Positions 14,484 to 27,969 of a stretch of 64,000 nt of DNA are shown piece by piece. This DNA comes from Adineta vaga (Eukaryota > Animalia > Rotifera): contig CP075493.1 of the NCBI GenBank assembly GCA_021613535.1, positions 10,788,001 to 10,852,000 on the forward strand, read 5' to 3'. The notes under the pieces are model-generated. The model did not search any database. It saw only the letters and a program-made list of their open reading frames with translations, and was not told where the DNA came from. Position 1 is the stretch's first letter, and every line of letters begins with the position of its first letter. The translations under genes were made by a program, and so were the position numbers.

Positions 14484-14726
14484 AGAGAAAGAAAAAAAAA
14501 GACGACAATCAATTATTTATGATATTATAAATTCATTCCTATTAAACATTTTGTCTTTCTCTAGATGATTGCTTTTTAGTTTAAACCATTTTATTTTGCA
14601 TTAATCTTACGTCAAAAAACAAATTTCGATGATAAGACTTGACAGCACATCATTATCGAAAATAATCGAGTAAAATTATGTCTGACAGTTAAGAAACATT
14701 CGAAGTCTGTATGAATTTATTGACGT

Positions 14727-15317
14727 TCAAATCATCGTCTGTGATAATCGTTGTGTTTGTTTTCGATATGGACATGAATGATGGCGATGTTCAATACATG
14801 AACAGAGATGACATGTTCCCCATAATGCAAGTATATTCCATAGACAACTAAGTGTTAAACCAATTTCATAACGTAACGATTCAGCTAATGTCACTAAAAT
14901 CATATAATTATGTGCAAAATAAATTGAATTACTAAAGGATGAAAATATCGTCGAATCAGTTGTTAAAAGATTTGCGATTAAAAGAATAAATGAAATTAAT
15001 GTTGCACCTAATAGCATGGAAAAGAATAGAATAAGAAAGCAAAGAATAACGATTTTTGCAAACCATAAACCATAGAAACCAATAGAAAATATTGAAAGAC
15101 TAAGCAAACCTAGGACAAGGATTTTATAATCATAATTTCTATTGATTTTTTCTATTTGTAATTGTGAAACTTTATTTTCATAAAGTAAAACGTTGACTAA
15201 GAGAAATAGACAATAACATGTCAATAATAATCGTGTTGCAAACGGAGAACTTTGACGATCGTAGCCCATCGAATGAAAGCAAAGATTTTGTTCCATCTGC
15301 TCTTTTATGACCATCAA
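14727..15317 (-). CDS. Uncharacterised multi-pass (about 4 TM) membrane protein
   Basis: 196-aa ORF with four hydrophobic segments and a Cys/His-rich tail; true start uncertain. Confidence 0.55.
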   Translation of the reverse strand: MMVIKEQMEQNLCFHSMGYDRQSSPFATRLLLTCYCLFLLVNVLLYENKVSQLQIEKINRNYDYKILVLGLLSLSIFSIGFYGLWFAKIVILCFLILFFSMLLGATLISFILLIANLLTTDSTIFSSFSNSIYFAHNYMILVTLAESLRYEIGLTLSCLWNILALWGTCHLCSCIEHRHHSCPYRKQTQRLSQTMI

Positions 15318-16080
15318 TCATGTTCAATAGGAAAAAGAACAATAAAATCAATGAATATCCTTCAAGATTAGTATTATGTCTCATTGACCTTCAAAACACG
15401 AATTCGATGACTCTGCCTATTCATGCTATTTTTTTCATCTATAGGTTTGAATTCGAATATTTTGTCCTAACTAAATGACGCATATTAATTTCTTTTTCTT
15501 CTTTCGTTTTGTTTTATCTTTATCGTAGATATTTCGAATAACATATCAATCACAAAAGCTAATACTGATCTAAAGAAAGCATGATTTTGATCATATAAAT
15601 GTCATTAATAATAATCGATGTGACTATGCATTTGTAAACAATCAAGTGAATATAATAGAGTGATAAAGAAACAAAAGAAACTGTTCTCTCTTTGTAAAAC
15701 ATTACTTGTCGATGTTTAATAGATGTAATTAACATATTTATTTTCTCGATAAATTTTTTCAATGAGAAAATTATGAAATTTAAACTTTAATTTGATCAAA
15801 TTTTTTGATTAATTTGCGAAAAATAAGTTTTCTCTTGCGTTTTTTTCTCTCTATGATACAACAGATTTGAATTTGTTATTTGACTAATTATTCCTATAAG
15901 AAGAGACCTTTGCACGGGCGTATTTTTTCTATCCATACTTTAAATGCATGATTAAACAAAATCATATTTTACTTGTTCTTCACTATCAATTGAATCGATT
16001 AGTATAAATTGTGTCGTTATCATTCAGTCGAGCATATACTAAACGTAAGAGATAAACGGTCATTGATAGTTGCAAGCAAC

Positions 16081-16638
16081 ATGCCTTTAATAATGAATAC
16101 TGTTAGTAGTATGTTCAATCGTAAGCATAAAACGAAATCATCGAAAAGAACTCCACGTCGTACGTAAAGAATTTATATTTTGAAATAAAATTAGAGCTAT
16201 ACGACTGTTTTTATTTTTTAAGAAACACCAGCAAGTACAGGTCTTCGATGTTATCCACTTCGTCTTGGTCCTGGTGTTGAATTAATATCTACCATTCATG
16301 AATTAATGGAAGATATTGGTATACAATCGTTATTTATTTTAAGTTGTATTGGAACATTATCTCAATGTTCATTAACTTCACGTCAATTAAATAAGAAAGA
16401 ATATGAAATTGTTTCACTTAGTGGTACATTTGATAGTGAATCTCATCATTTAATGGGCTCATTTGCTGATCCACAAACAGGCGCACTAATAGGTGGTCGA
16501 GTTCATTCCTTGACTGTCCATTCAACGTGTGAAATAATGTTAGCGGAACCACTGGATTGTACATTTTCTCGTGCATTTGATCCTCGAACTGGTGAAAATG
16601 AGCTACTCGTGAGACGGAAACTTCTTACAGAGTTTTAG
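16081..16638 (+). CDS. PPC/DUF296 domain protein, 2 exons
   Basis: YPLRLGPGVEL...ILSCIGTL...YEIVSLSGTF...IGG...TCEIML...FSRAFDPRTGENEL. Confidence 0.85.
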
Positions 16639-17411
16639 TTAAATGTATATCTATTTGAAAATTTTTCTTTGTATATACAAAAGTTTTTGCTATTTTTAGT
16701 ATCTTTTTTTTGTTCTTCTCTTTTGTGTTTGAATAAATATTTTTGTTTAATTTAAATGAATCCACTCAAAAGAAGAAATCTATTGTTATTGTTTTTCTTC
16801 GCTTATCTGTGCCTTCATTGATGAATAATATCCTTGATATATTTCTCGATTAACGATTCGGTACAGATGACATGACTCAAAATGACTGTTTTTCTAATCA
16901 TCAATCATTTACCTTTAGATGATATTTCTCTCTGTCTCTCTCTCGTTTTGTTTTAAATAAACAAAAACAAACTGAAGAAACTTCTACTGTAATACATCAT
17001 TGACTCCTTATTCTAATTCGAATTGATCGATTCGAACCGATAAGCAAATATATATCTACTTACTTATCTACAAAACATCAATACAACTTGTCAATATGAT
17101 TAGAAAGGATAGATTATTATTCAAAGGCTCTTATCTTTGAAATTTAATCGATCGATTAACTATTTGATGAAATAAGTCGAAGGGGAAATTACATGTTATT
17201 GATTACTGCGTTTATCTAAACAGATAAAATCTTCAAGGATAAAAAATATATCAAACTTATTTTTAGTATTATACGTTCTATTTACGAGTCTTAACATTGT
17301 TTAAGTTTATGTTCCTTTCAAAAAACAAATCGATTGAACAACTAATCGATATACATTTATTTAATAAAATCACGAAATAAAGTTAAAATCACAGAAGTTT
17401 ATTACTAAAAC

Positions 17412-18290
17412 CTATAATTTTGATCTTTTTCTGGTGCTCATAAAGTTCGTAATTGCTTCGATGAATTCATCTGTTGTCCATCGTTGTTTTAAAGTATTTA
17501 ATTCTTCGACATTGACTTGTTTAAGTTGATCAATATTCCATTTTTGTATCAATGCTTTTCCAGCTAATAAACTTCCTTTAGGTAAAGATAAAATTTGTTG
17601 ACAAATTTTCTGTTTTTCTTGTTCAAATACGTTCTCTTCAATGACTTGTGTTACTAAGCCACGTTGTTGAGCTTCTTGAGCGTTTAATTCTCGATCAAAT
17701 AAGAGAATTTCTTTGGCACGAAGTGAACCCATTAAAGATGGAAATGTATAGGATGAACAACCTTCAGCCGATTGAGCTGTTCGAGTAAATGGTAGAGCAA
17801 ATGTTGATGATGATGATGCATAAACTCCATCGAATAAACCTAATGTTGTTACAGATATTCCAATAGCTGGTCCATTTATAAAAGCAATTAAGATTTTAGG
17901 GAAATTTATGAAACTTTCAATAAAATCTTTCAAACGAGTTATGGCTTGTTCCATAACAACTTCCATATCATCTGGTGCTGATGTCTACATATGATTCAAT
18001 ATGAAGGAAAATAACATAAAAAATATTCACTAACTTACGAAAGCTTTGGCAGGATCAGATAAATCTGTACCAGAAGAATAGAATTTTCCTTTTCCAGTCA
18101 TTGAAAGTAAAACTAATTCTTCATCTTTAGCTGCTTCATTCAATATTTGTGTAATACCATCATACATATCACTTGTAATTGCATTATATTTATTTGGTCG
18201 ATTAAGTATCAATTCCCAATGTGATGAACTTTTTTTAATTAATTCAATATTTTTCGATAAAATGTGTGATGTTCTACTTGTAGTACTCAT
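17412..18290 (-). CDS. ECI2: Peroxisomal enoyl-CoA delta isomerase (ECI2-like, no ACBP domain), 2 exons
   Basis: Crotonase motifs LNRPNKYNAI, YSSGTDL, FINGPAIGISVT, AEGCSSYTFP; C-terminal PTS1 -SKL. Confidence 0.88.
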
Positions 18291-19162
18291 CTTGTTTTGA
18301 ACAACTGTTTATCTATGTAATAAAGAATGCTTTATAAGCAAAAATATATTATATATCTAAAGATAACAAGAAGAAGATAAATATGATAAGAAAGTGACAT
18401 TCGAATATAGATATAGATCATGTTTTATTGGTTTTGTTAATTAAACAAATAAGATGAATACATGAAACCTCTATCACATCTAGCGACGTCTATATGAATT
18501 TTAAAATAAATAATTAATGAGAAAAAGATTCATTTTTAAATAAAGCAAAATTAACTATTGATTTTAGAGAATCAATGAAATCTTATTCTGTAATAATTTT
18601 AATATCAGGATATAAATAACCATGTTTATTTACTTGTTTTTTTGTACAACGTTCTTTCTGCCCAAAGTGCACATGAAGTGTTAGCAGGGACATTCTCTTT
18701 TCCATACATCCATCATCATGTCTTAATGTTACTCGCTATCGTCATCCATATGATAGGAGAAAATATTTCCTTCCTTGAAGAATTATGTATCTTGCTTTTT
18801 CTCGAAAGATTATACAAAAAGCAAGATGTATTTCCTTGATTAAGATAATCGTTTGCAGGACTAACAACTGTACTTCAAAAAACTTTTCAAACATGCTTAG
18901 ACAGATTTATTTCATATTGTAGAACTATGCGTGATCTTGCGAGTAATAAAATGCAGATAAGAAAATCATGCAGCCAATGCGTGACCGAAACAAGATTAGA
19001 ACGAATAGTACGAAAAGACATACGAATCGATGAATGCCCATATATAATGATAAGACTTAGTACACAGAGCATTCATTTTTTTGTTTATCGTTGTTGTACG
19101 TGCGCTTTTTCTACCCTCTTTTTTCACAGGTATAAAAATTCTGTTCTATTTAGTTATAGATA

Positions 19163-21574
19163 ATGTCGTCTGAAGCATTTGTTACATTAGCGACCAATGA
19201 TGGTTATGCACTTGGAGCTCTGGTAGTTGCTCAATCACTACGAAAAGTTGGAACACAACGACGCTTAGTAGTGATGATTTCCAAAACATTATCTGATTTA
19301 CTAAGGTGAGTTTTTATAGAATTTTGAATGCAATAAATATTTACAAAATGTTCATTTAGACAAACATTAGAGACCAGTTTTGATGAAGTTGTTGTTGTTG
19401 ATGAATTGAATTCTCGTGATGAACAACATTTACGTTTATTAGCTCGTCCTGAACTTGGTGTCACCTTTACAAAAATCAATTGTTGGCTATTAGAAAAATA
19501 TTCGAAATGTGTTTTTCTCGATTCTGATATTGTCGTCTTACAAAATATAGATGATTTATTCGATCGAGAAGAACTGTCAGCTGCACCTGATGCCGGTTGG
19601 CCTGATTGTTTTAATTCCGGTGTCTTTGTTTACAAACCATCAAAAGAAACATATGGAAAATTGATGGAATTTGCCAATCAACAAGGGGCTTCGTTTGATG
19701 GTAAAAATCTCAATCTAATCCTTTCGAATTAATTGTCAATTCCTTTTTTTAACAATGAAATTCTAGGTGGAGATCAAGGTCTTTTGAATGCTTTTTTTTC
19801 AAATTGGCGTTCAGCTGACATTTCTCGGCATTTACCATTTACTTACAATGTCACAGCCAATACATTTTATTCATATGTTCCAGCTGTAACACAGTAAATA
19901 CCATTTATTTTGATTTATGATCTATTGCAAAATATATCGATATACATAGATTTCGTAATGATATTCGTGTTGTTCATTTTGCCGGTGCATTAAAACCATG
20001 GCAATTAACATATAATCCTCAAAATGAACAATTATCGGGTAATTTAGGTGGACAACATACGGTTCAAAGAGAATTTCTTTTGGCCTGGTGGAAAATTTTG
20101 TATGAACGTGTTTGGCCACAATTATCCAAAGCAAATAAGGTCAGTAGTATGAAATATATTGCTTTGTTTGCATCCTGCATGTTGTGTTATCCTTATGTTT
20201 TATTCAGCAATTGAATCCAAACCAATCAAACACCGATGAGGTAAAGCATGTGTTTTTTTTATTCCTTCCCTTTGCTAATTTGAGTAAATGATTAACTTAA
20301 ATATGTTTAGTCTACTATTTCAGTAATGAATATATCTTCATTTTCTTCGATGAATTTTCATTCGACTAAAGAAAAACAAATTGTAATTGAACATCGAAGT
20401 TTATCTTTTCCATCGATAATTGATGATTTATTTAATGATATATCGATACGAGAAAATCTAAAACGAAAATTTTCTGCTGATAAAATTCTTCCACATGCTG
20501 GAATCTTTCATCTAAAACAAGGACAAATGAAACCTTTTCATAAAATTCAACCAAAAATTCGTCATTATAATTCACTTTCTTCTCTTACTCAAGAACAACA
20601 AGAACAACATCAACAGGAAAATTTAACATCCGAAAAAATTCTTTCCTTTTTTCCAAACGTCATTCTACGGTTTGAACAAAAATGAGAGTTTTTGTTTCAG
20701 TTTATCATTTGCTAATTTGTTTTTCTTTTACATCGAAAGATAATTCAGTTGATTTATAAGCATGTAATCAGAAGGTTAATAGATCGAATCTACTCGATGG
20801 GAGTGTTTTATAGAGGACAACTGTTCTATATAAAATACCAGCACAGTTTAAATCGGGGCTCCTTCGTTGTGGAGTAAATTCCTCACTGTGACATCGAAAA
20901 GCATGAGCAAGTGTTCCCGAATATTCGGTGCGAACCACGAACCGTATATTCTGTAGCTCGGTGCAGATCTATCTGCATTTGTAGACAAACCATACGGATC
21001 ACAAAAAATAATTTTTTTCTTCCTTTTCCTAGGGCCATTCACAAAGTGCAGTGGTTGGTAATTTATTGAATTATACTTCATTAACACATGATCAAGGTGT
21101 ACAAGCCGGTTCAGTTGCACATCGACGAGCATGGGAAGCAGGACATGTTGATTATCATGGAAGAGATTCATTTTCAAATATTCAAGAACAATTAGAAAAA
21201 AATATTGCTCATCAAACTCAACAATATCATCCATCTCAACCAAGACAAACAACACCACCTCAGTATATTGTTCTTTTCATTCTATCAAATTTATATTGAA
21301 TTATTCTAGAGCAACATCTGCTTCTGGTACTAATACTCAACAACAGTCTTCAGGTAAGAACATTACGAAATATTTATAATTTGAATCTTTTTCTTTTTCT
21401 TATTTGATAGACCAAATCACATCAACAACTACCGGTGCTCCATCAGGTAAACTATTCGTTCGCAAAAAAAACAGCGAAACCTGTCATAGATAATAATGTT
21501 TGATTTTGTTTTTCATAGGAGTTATAAAAACAACAACGACAACAACAAAAACCGTTGAAACTGAAAAGAAATAA
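19163..21574 (+). CDS. GYG: Glycogenin (GT8), multi-exon, probably alternatively spliced
   Basis: [20 protein letters not shown]; KCVFLDSD; [16 protein letters not shown]; [11 protein letters not shown]; autoglucosylation region FYSYVPA; HFAGALKPW; glycogen-synthase-binding motif [17 protein letters not shown]. Confidence 0.93.
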
Positions 21575-22092
21575 ATTGAATGACAAAGTGAACAAAAAGC
21601 AGAAAGAACCGTATTTGTCGAGTTTTGTTTCAAGCATTCATTTTTATCCCCGTGTGCCGTGTGATGCTTTATTTGATTTTTCTTCATCCAAAGTTCTTTC
21701 TTTTGTTTTTTCTTTTCTTTATGCATCTCGTTTTTTTAATAGTTGGTTTATTTATGATTAGTCCTAGACATATTTTAGAACAACATTAACAGAAATCGTT
21801 GCTGAAACATCCGAATAAAAACTTTCACAAAAAGATTCACCTCCCTAAACAACCCTCTAAATTTACTTGATAATCAATCATTGTACATGACAATATCATC
21901 CATCAATCTATTAGCACTGTTACGGAATATCATATGCATCGTTAAAGACGTGTCGAGCTAATCTCAATGATGTTTTTCTTCTATTAATCAGAACCATATG
22001 TTCTTCGTATAAGTTTTGAAACATGTTTACAGCTATAATCTAATGTACTCATCTATGTAGTTAATTCTACTAAATATTTTATTTATTAAGAT

Positions 22093-23832
22093 TTATTCTA
22101 TTAAATTTTCACAATATGCACCTGTAAAATCATTCATACAAACACAACGATTTTCAGTAATTAAACATGTTCCATTATTTTGACAAATATTATTCATATC
22201 ATCACAAACTAACCTATTTAGTTCACAATATAATCCACCGAAACCTTTTTCGCATTGACATTGTCTTTTTATAGGATCACATTTTCCACCATGTTGACAT
22301 TCATGTAAGAGACAATAGAGTTCTCCAGTGACATTTATACAACTATCTGCTAAACAGATCTGCTCGGGATATTGACATTGTTCATTTCCACATTTAATAA
22401 TTTCATTACAGAATTCACCCGAAAAACCTTCTTCACATCGACAGAGTCCATCTGCTGTTGTTGGTGATTGAAGACATGTCCCATTGTTCATACAGGGATT
22501 TGATGAGCAAAAGGATTGATTTAAATTTTCCGAACAATCGATACCTGAATAACCATATGTGCATAGACATTGATATGTTCGACTGGTTGCTTCATGAACA
22601 CAAATTCCATTATTTTCTAAATAATAACAGAAAATTTCATATTGAAAACAACAAAAAAAAACAAATGTTTATTTACGACAAGGATTTGATGTACAAGGAT
22701 GTAATGGAATATCACAATAAAGTCCTGTAACATCTTTTGGACATACACATCTGCCATATTTATTATCGATTAATGCACAATTGCCTTGATTTGTATGGCA
22801 ATATTTCTTACATGCTGATGGTGTAATATATTCACAATAAGGTCCTGCATAGTCTGGCGGACATAAACAAAATCCATCACCTGTATGATTCAATACAATG
22901 CAGGTTGAACCATTTCGACAGAGATCAAGTGAACAAAATGTTCGTTGAGTATGTTCACATAATCTACCAGAATAACCTGGTGAACAAAGACATTGACCAT
23001 CGACGCCTGCTAATGGAACACATGTACCTAAAATATCAATCTTCAATTAATCTTTGTTTTCTTCTCCATCATCTCTTCAAACGAACCATTATTTCGACAT
23101 GGATTTTCTTCACAAAATGGTACACGTTTTTCACACAAATCTCCAACATATCCCGGTTGACATAAACAAATTCCAGCCGAAGATTCAATTAATATACAAG
23201 TACCATTATTTTGACATGGTGAGTAACTACAGAATGTTTCATTTTGATAATCATATTCACAAAATGAACCATTAAACATTGCTGGACATGAACATTTATA
23301 ACCATCATTTGATGTGTTGTAACATGTTCCACCATTTTGACAAGCACATTCACCGAGATTATCTTCACAATACATTCCAGCATGTTTCGATGGACATAGA
23401 CACATAAAACTACTATTCGTTGAAGAATCTTTTGAAAGAATTGGTGAACATAAACCTTGATTATAGCATGGATTACTTTCACATGCTTGTTGAGCATAAT
23501 TCAATTTTTCACATAATGAACCATGAACATACTAAGTGAAATGAGTGATTACTCAACAAATTGAATGAAGAAAAGAAAAGAAACTCACAGGACTGCAATG
23601 GCATGTAAAATTTGATTTGGATATAAGTTCACATGTACCTGCACGGCATGGATTTGATTCACATGGATTTGTCCAATTTTGAAGATGAACATCTTAACAA
23701 TCATTTCTTTTCTTTGTACATTATAAGAACAATCTTCTTCTTTGACTTACTTAAAAGAAAATCAGATCCATCGATAGTTTGCATGTAAAAAACGAAGATC
23801 AATAAAATTTTCCACAGAAATATTCTTTCCAT
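22093..23832 (-). CDS. Secreted multi-EGF-repeat protein
   Basis: Signal peptide MERIFLWKILLIFVFYMQTIDG, then more than 10 EGF repeats (CxNxGTC...CxCxxGY/FxGxxC) over several exons; no TM segment seen. Confidence 0.85.
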
Positions 23833-25200
23833 TTCTAGATTCTTTGATATTGAAGAAGGGAAAATGTTTAGTTCTTTACTTCATTTCACTTGTTTTACGA
23901 ACGTAGTGGTGTTATTGTATTAATTGTGAAGAAAGAGATGATAGAGAGAAAGAGAAAGAAAAGAAAAAAGATTGTATTGTCTGGACAACAACGTGTTCGT
24001 CCACTTGTATATTGTCATGTCTATGTGTGACCTTTTTATGTTATGATCTTTATTATGAATCAAGAGAACAAAACAAACGTATTAGATTAAAGACAATAAG
24101 TATAATCCAAACTAGTTGAATCGATCTTAACATGATCAGACAATATTTAAATATGTCATTACATGATTGAGATCAACTAAAAGATCAATTCTATTAAAAG
24201 AAAAACACGAAATGATAAAGGTATTAAGTTTTATTCATCTTATGTTGTTGAGAAACCACTCTTTCAGTTATAAACAGATTAGAATTAATACATGAAAAAA
24301 CAATAAAGAAAAGGACGAGTGAAATCCGAACTGTATTTTGTATGTATTGGAAACAGTGATTGGATACTTGCAGTATGTATAGTACATGATACTTTTCGAA
24401 CTTTTTACATAAAAATCTTTGGTTCTTAGTATATTGATCCAAGGCAAGTTTATGTACATTGTACTTAGATAGTAGTAAGTACACATGAATTCAGATACAT
24501 GTATATTTGTTGTAGAGATGTTGTCTAGTCCAATCTTTTTTGTCAATTGTTCGTTTAGCCTAACATTCACACTTTAATCGCCGGTGATATAAAGATAATG
24601 ATGTGGAAGACTAATATCCAAATGTTCTTTGTTTATATTATACCATTATAGACTTCTTCCATTCTCTTATAATAATTGAAACTAAACTGATTTCATATCG
24701 ATCATTATTAAAAGACATTGTTTAATGTCAATATTTACTTCCATTTTTCTCATTCTTAAAGATGTCACTGATGCGTGAAAATAGTATTAAATATTGTATG
24801 GCTTGTAACAATAAAATCATAACATGAAATTCGTGCGAAGTACATTATGCTCGAATACTAGTTCAAAGAAAGTTAGCTGTACGTAATAGGTATCTGTTTT
24901 CGTATTTGTTCTATTATACTGGTCGGGAATAAATTTCTCTACTGTACATATATCTTATATCTGCACTCTTGTCTGAAATTGACATAGAACTAAAAGAATA
25001 AGATGAAGTTTAAAGACATTGCAGTAACAAACAAACAAACATGTTGTCGTTACCTTCAATTTTTTGTATGTTTACTCGGTATAAAAGCACGTTTTTTCTT
25101 TCTTTCTTCGCATCAAAATTTTCTTTCTTGTGTGAACTATATATTTATGTAACGTAGACATTGAAAATAGAATATATAAAATTCTGATTTTGTTTTCAAG

Positions 25201-27800
25201 ATGAAGAATACGACTTCAGTATTATTATTTCTACTCGTAATCATATGTATGATATATTACATGTATGAACATCGAATATACTTATGTAAATCAAATTATG
25301 ATTATCCCTTTCAAGATCCATCATTACCAGTCGATACAAGATTAGATAATCTTATGTCGTTATTAACACTAGCAGAAAAGGTTAGTTTCTATTATTAATG
25401 TTGATTATGATCGTATTTGTTTTTCTTTTGTTCAGATCGATATGCTATGGATGGGATCATTAACATCAGGTATTCCCTAATGAAATTTCATTGATCTCAT
25501 TTGTAATTCTTTTGTATAGATGGAGAATTAATTAATGTAGCAGTTCCACGTTTGAATATTCGTGGATTTACTTGGATGGGACAAGGATATGTTTATCGAT
25601 CAGCATCAAATGGTTGTAATATAAATTGTGAGAGTCCTATAATTGATGGAAACGTTTCTGTATTACCACAAGGTACAGGAATAGCTTCAACATGGAATAA
25701 AAATTTAATTTTTCAAGCTGGTATCATGGTTAGTGATGAATCAATGGCAATACAATATAATTATAAAAATAAAAGTGTTGATTATAAAACCGGTGCATCG
25801 AGTGTCATTAATATTGCTAGAGATCCGAGATGGGGAAGAGTTCCAGAAACTTATGGTATAATTTGAAAGATTCAAGTTTAAAATTCTTTGTTTCTCATCA
25901 ATAGGTGAATGTCCAATATTAACCGGTGAGATAGCAGTAGCTTTCAATAAAGGTTTAATGGGTTATACAAAATTGAACGATACACAATTAGAATATAATA
26001 TTTATAAAGTAATGCCTGTTATGAGGTAAAGTAGTATTTTTAACATTCGCTAATCAATACTTGACTTCCTTTTTTTTCTCTTCATCTTGAAGACATTTCG
26101 TTGATTATGATGGTCCTGATAATGGTCGATTTAGTTTTAATGCAATTATTTCTGATACAGATCTAAGGTAAATTAACGATATGTACGATTAACTATTTTT
26201 CATAGATTTATTCATTTTTTAGAACAACATATTTACCTGTATGGAAAAAACTTATTGATGAAAATGCTATTGTAGGTATAATGAGTGCAATTAGTGCAAT
26301 CAATGGTGTACCAGCAGCAGCACATAAATATCTATTAAATGATGTATTACGTAATGAATGGAATTTTACGGGTTATGTGATTAGTAATATCACTTTATGT
26401 GTTCTTTTTTCATTTTCTTCTTCTTCGTTTTTTTTGTTGTTCAGGTGATTGTGATCCAATAAGTGATATACAAAAATCGTTTCATTATACTGCAACTTTA
26501 GAACAAGCTGTTGCCGTATCAGTATCTTCAGGTAATGATATTAATTGTGGTGGAGAATTTCAATTATTACATAAAGCATATGCATATGGTTTTGTTGACT
26601 TGGATACAATCAATACTGCTGCAAGGCGAAGTTTACGATCACGATTTCTAAGTGGTAATCTTGATCCAATTGGTAGTGATCCATATGCATCAATACCTTA
26701 TTCAATTGTGGATAGTTTAAAACATAAATTGTTAACGAAACAAATTGTAAGTGAATCTATTGTACTCTTACAAAATCCGAAACAAATATTACCGTTTAAT
26801 CTGACGAAAATTAAACAAATTGCAGTTATTGGTCCATCCGCGGATGATATTACTGTTCAAGCACATACATACCATGGTACACCAAGTAAATGGATAACAA
26901 CATTAGATGGTATACAATCGATTGCATCGAAATCGAATGTTGCTGTTGTCCATACATTCGGCGCATATCGTAAAAATGATAGTGATATAGATTTTGCACA
27001 TGCTTTAGAATTAGCTATTGAAAGTGATGTTATTTTATTCGTTGGTGGTTTAGATGAAAGCTTTGAAGAAGAAGATACAGACCGTAATACATTACAGTTA
27101 CCAGGTGGACAATTAGAATTAATTCGATTATTGATGAGTTTAAATAAACCATTCACTATTTTAATTATCTCTGGTTCACCAATATCAGAACCAATAATTG
27201 TTCATGAGAATCAAGCCGCATTAGTATGGATATCCTATTTTGGACAGAGTGGTGATGCAATTGCTGAGATGTTATTTGGTTTTTCTAGTCCATGTGGTTG
27301 TTTACCATTTACAATACCAGTAAATACAAGTCAATTATTACCCATTGATGATTATGCAATGAATAAATCACCGGGAAGAACATATCGTTATTTAGATTAT
27401 ACGAAAGCACCACCTTTATTTCCATTTGGTTACGGTTTATCCTATTCAACATTTACCTATACTTCACAATTAATCATCTTTCCTAATCGAATAAATGATC
27501 TTGATACTGATCTTATAGCAAATAAGTATTATAAATGAAGGTCCTTATCGTGTACAACAGGTGATACAACTGTATTATGAATTTGTTAATAGTACTGTGC
27601 TTGATTTACCCAAACGTGAATTATTACAATTTACTAAACTAACATTTGAAGTGCATGAAGAAAAAACAATTTCATTTACATTTCGTATCAGAAATCTTCC
27701 GAATTCTAATCGACAACAGATACCTGGTAGTGTCAATTTTTGGATTGGTAATAGTTATGATAGACTTGCACAATCAACACTTATCATTGCTTTTGATTAG
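25201..27800 (+). CDS. GH3 beta-xylosidase/beta-glucosidase with C-terminal Fn3-like domain; apparent frameshift near 27522
   Basis: YPFQDPSLPVDTRLDNLMS; INIARDPRWGRVPETYGE; nucleophile GYVIS/DCD spanning an intron; SIVLLQN; GRTYRY; PLFPFGYGLSY. Confidence 0.9.
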
Positions 27801-27969
27801 AAAGAAACGAAATCTTATTCAATATTCTTATTTTTATTTGACCAAAAAGAACTAAGAAAGGTCTGAATGAGGATGAGAACGACGAAAACAAATACATATC
27901 CTCACTCACATCCACGACATGTATATATGAATTTGATTCACTAATAGTGATATAATGATTAATTTTGAT

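Noticed and set aside
18642-19163. Short ORFs upstream of glycogenin
   Set aside because: No motifs; most likely promoter, 5'UTR or intron sequence.
24224-24570. ORFs 24224-24484 and 24268-24570
   Set aside because: No recognisable domain or consistent splice structure.
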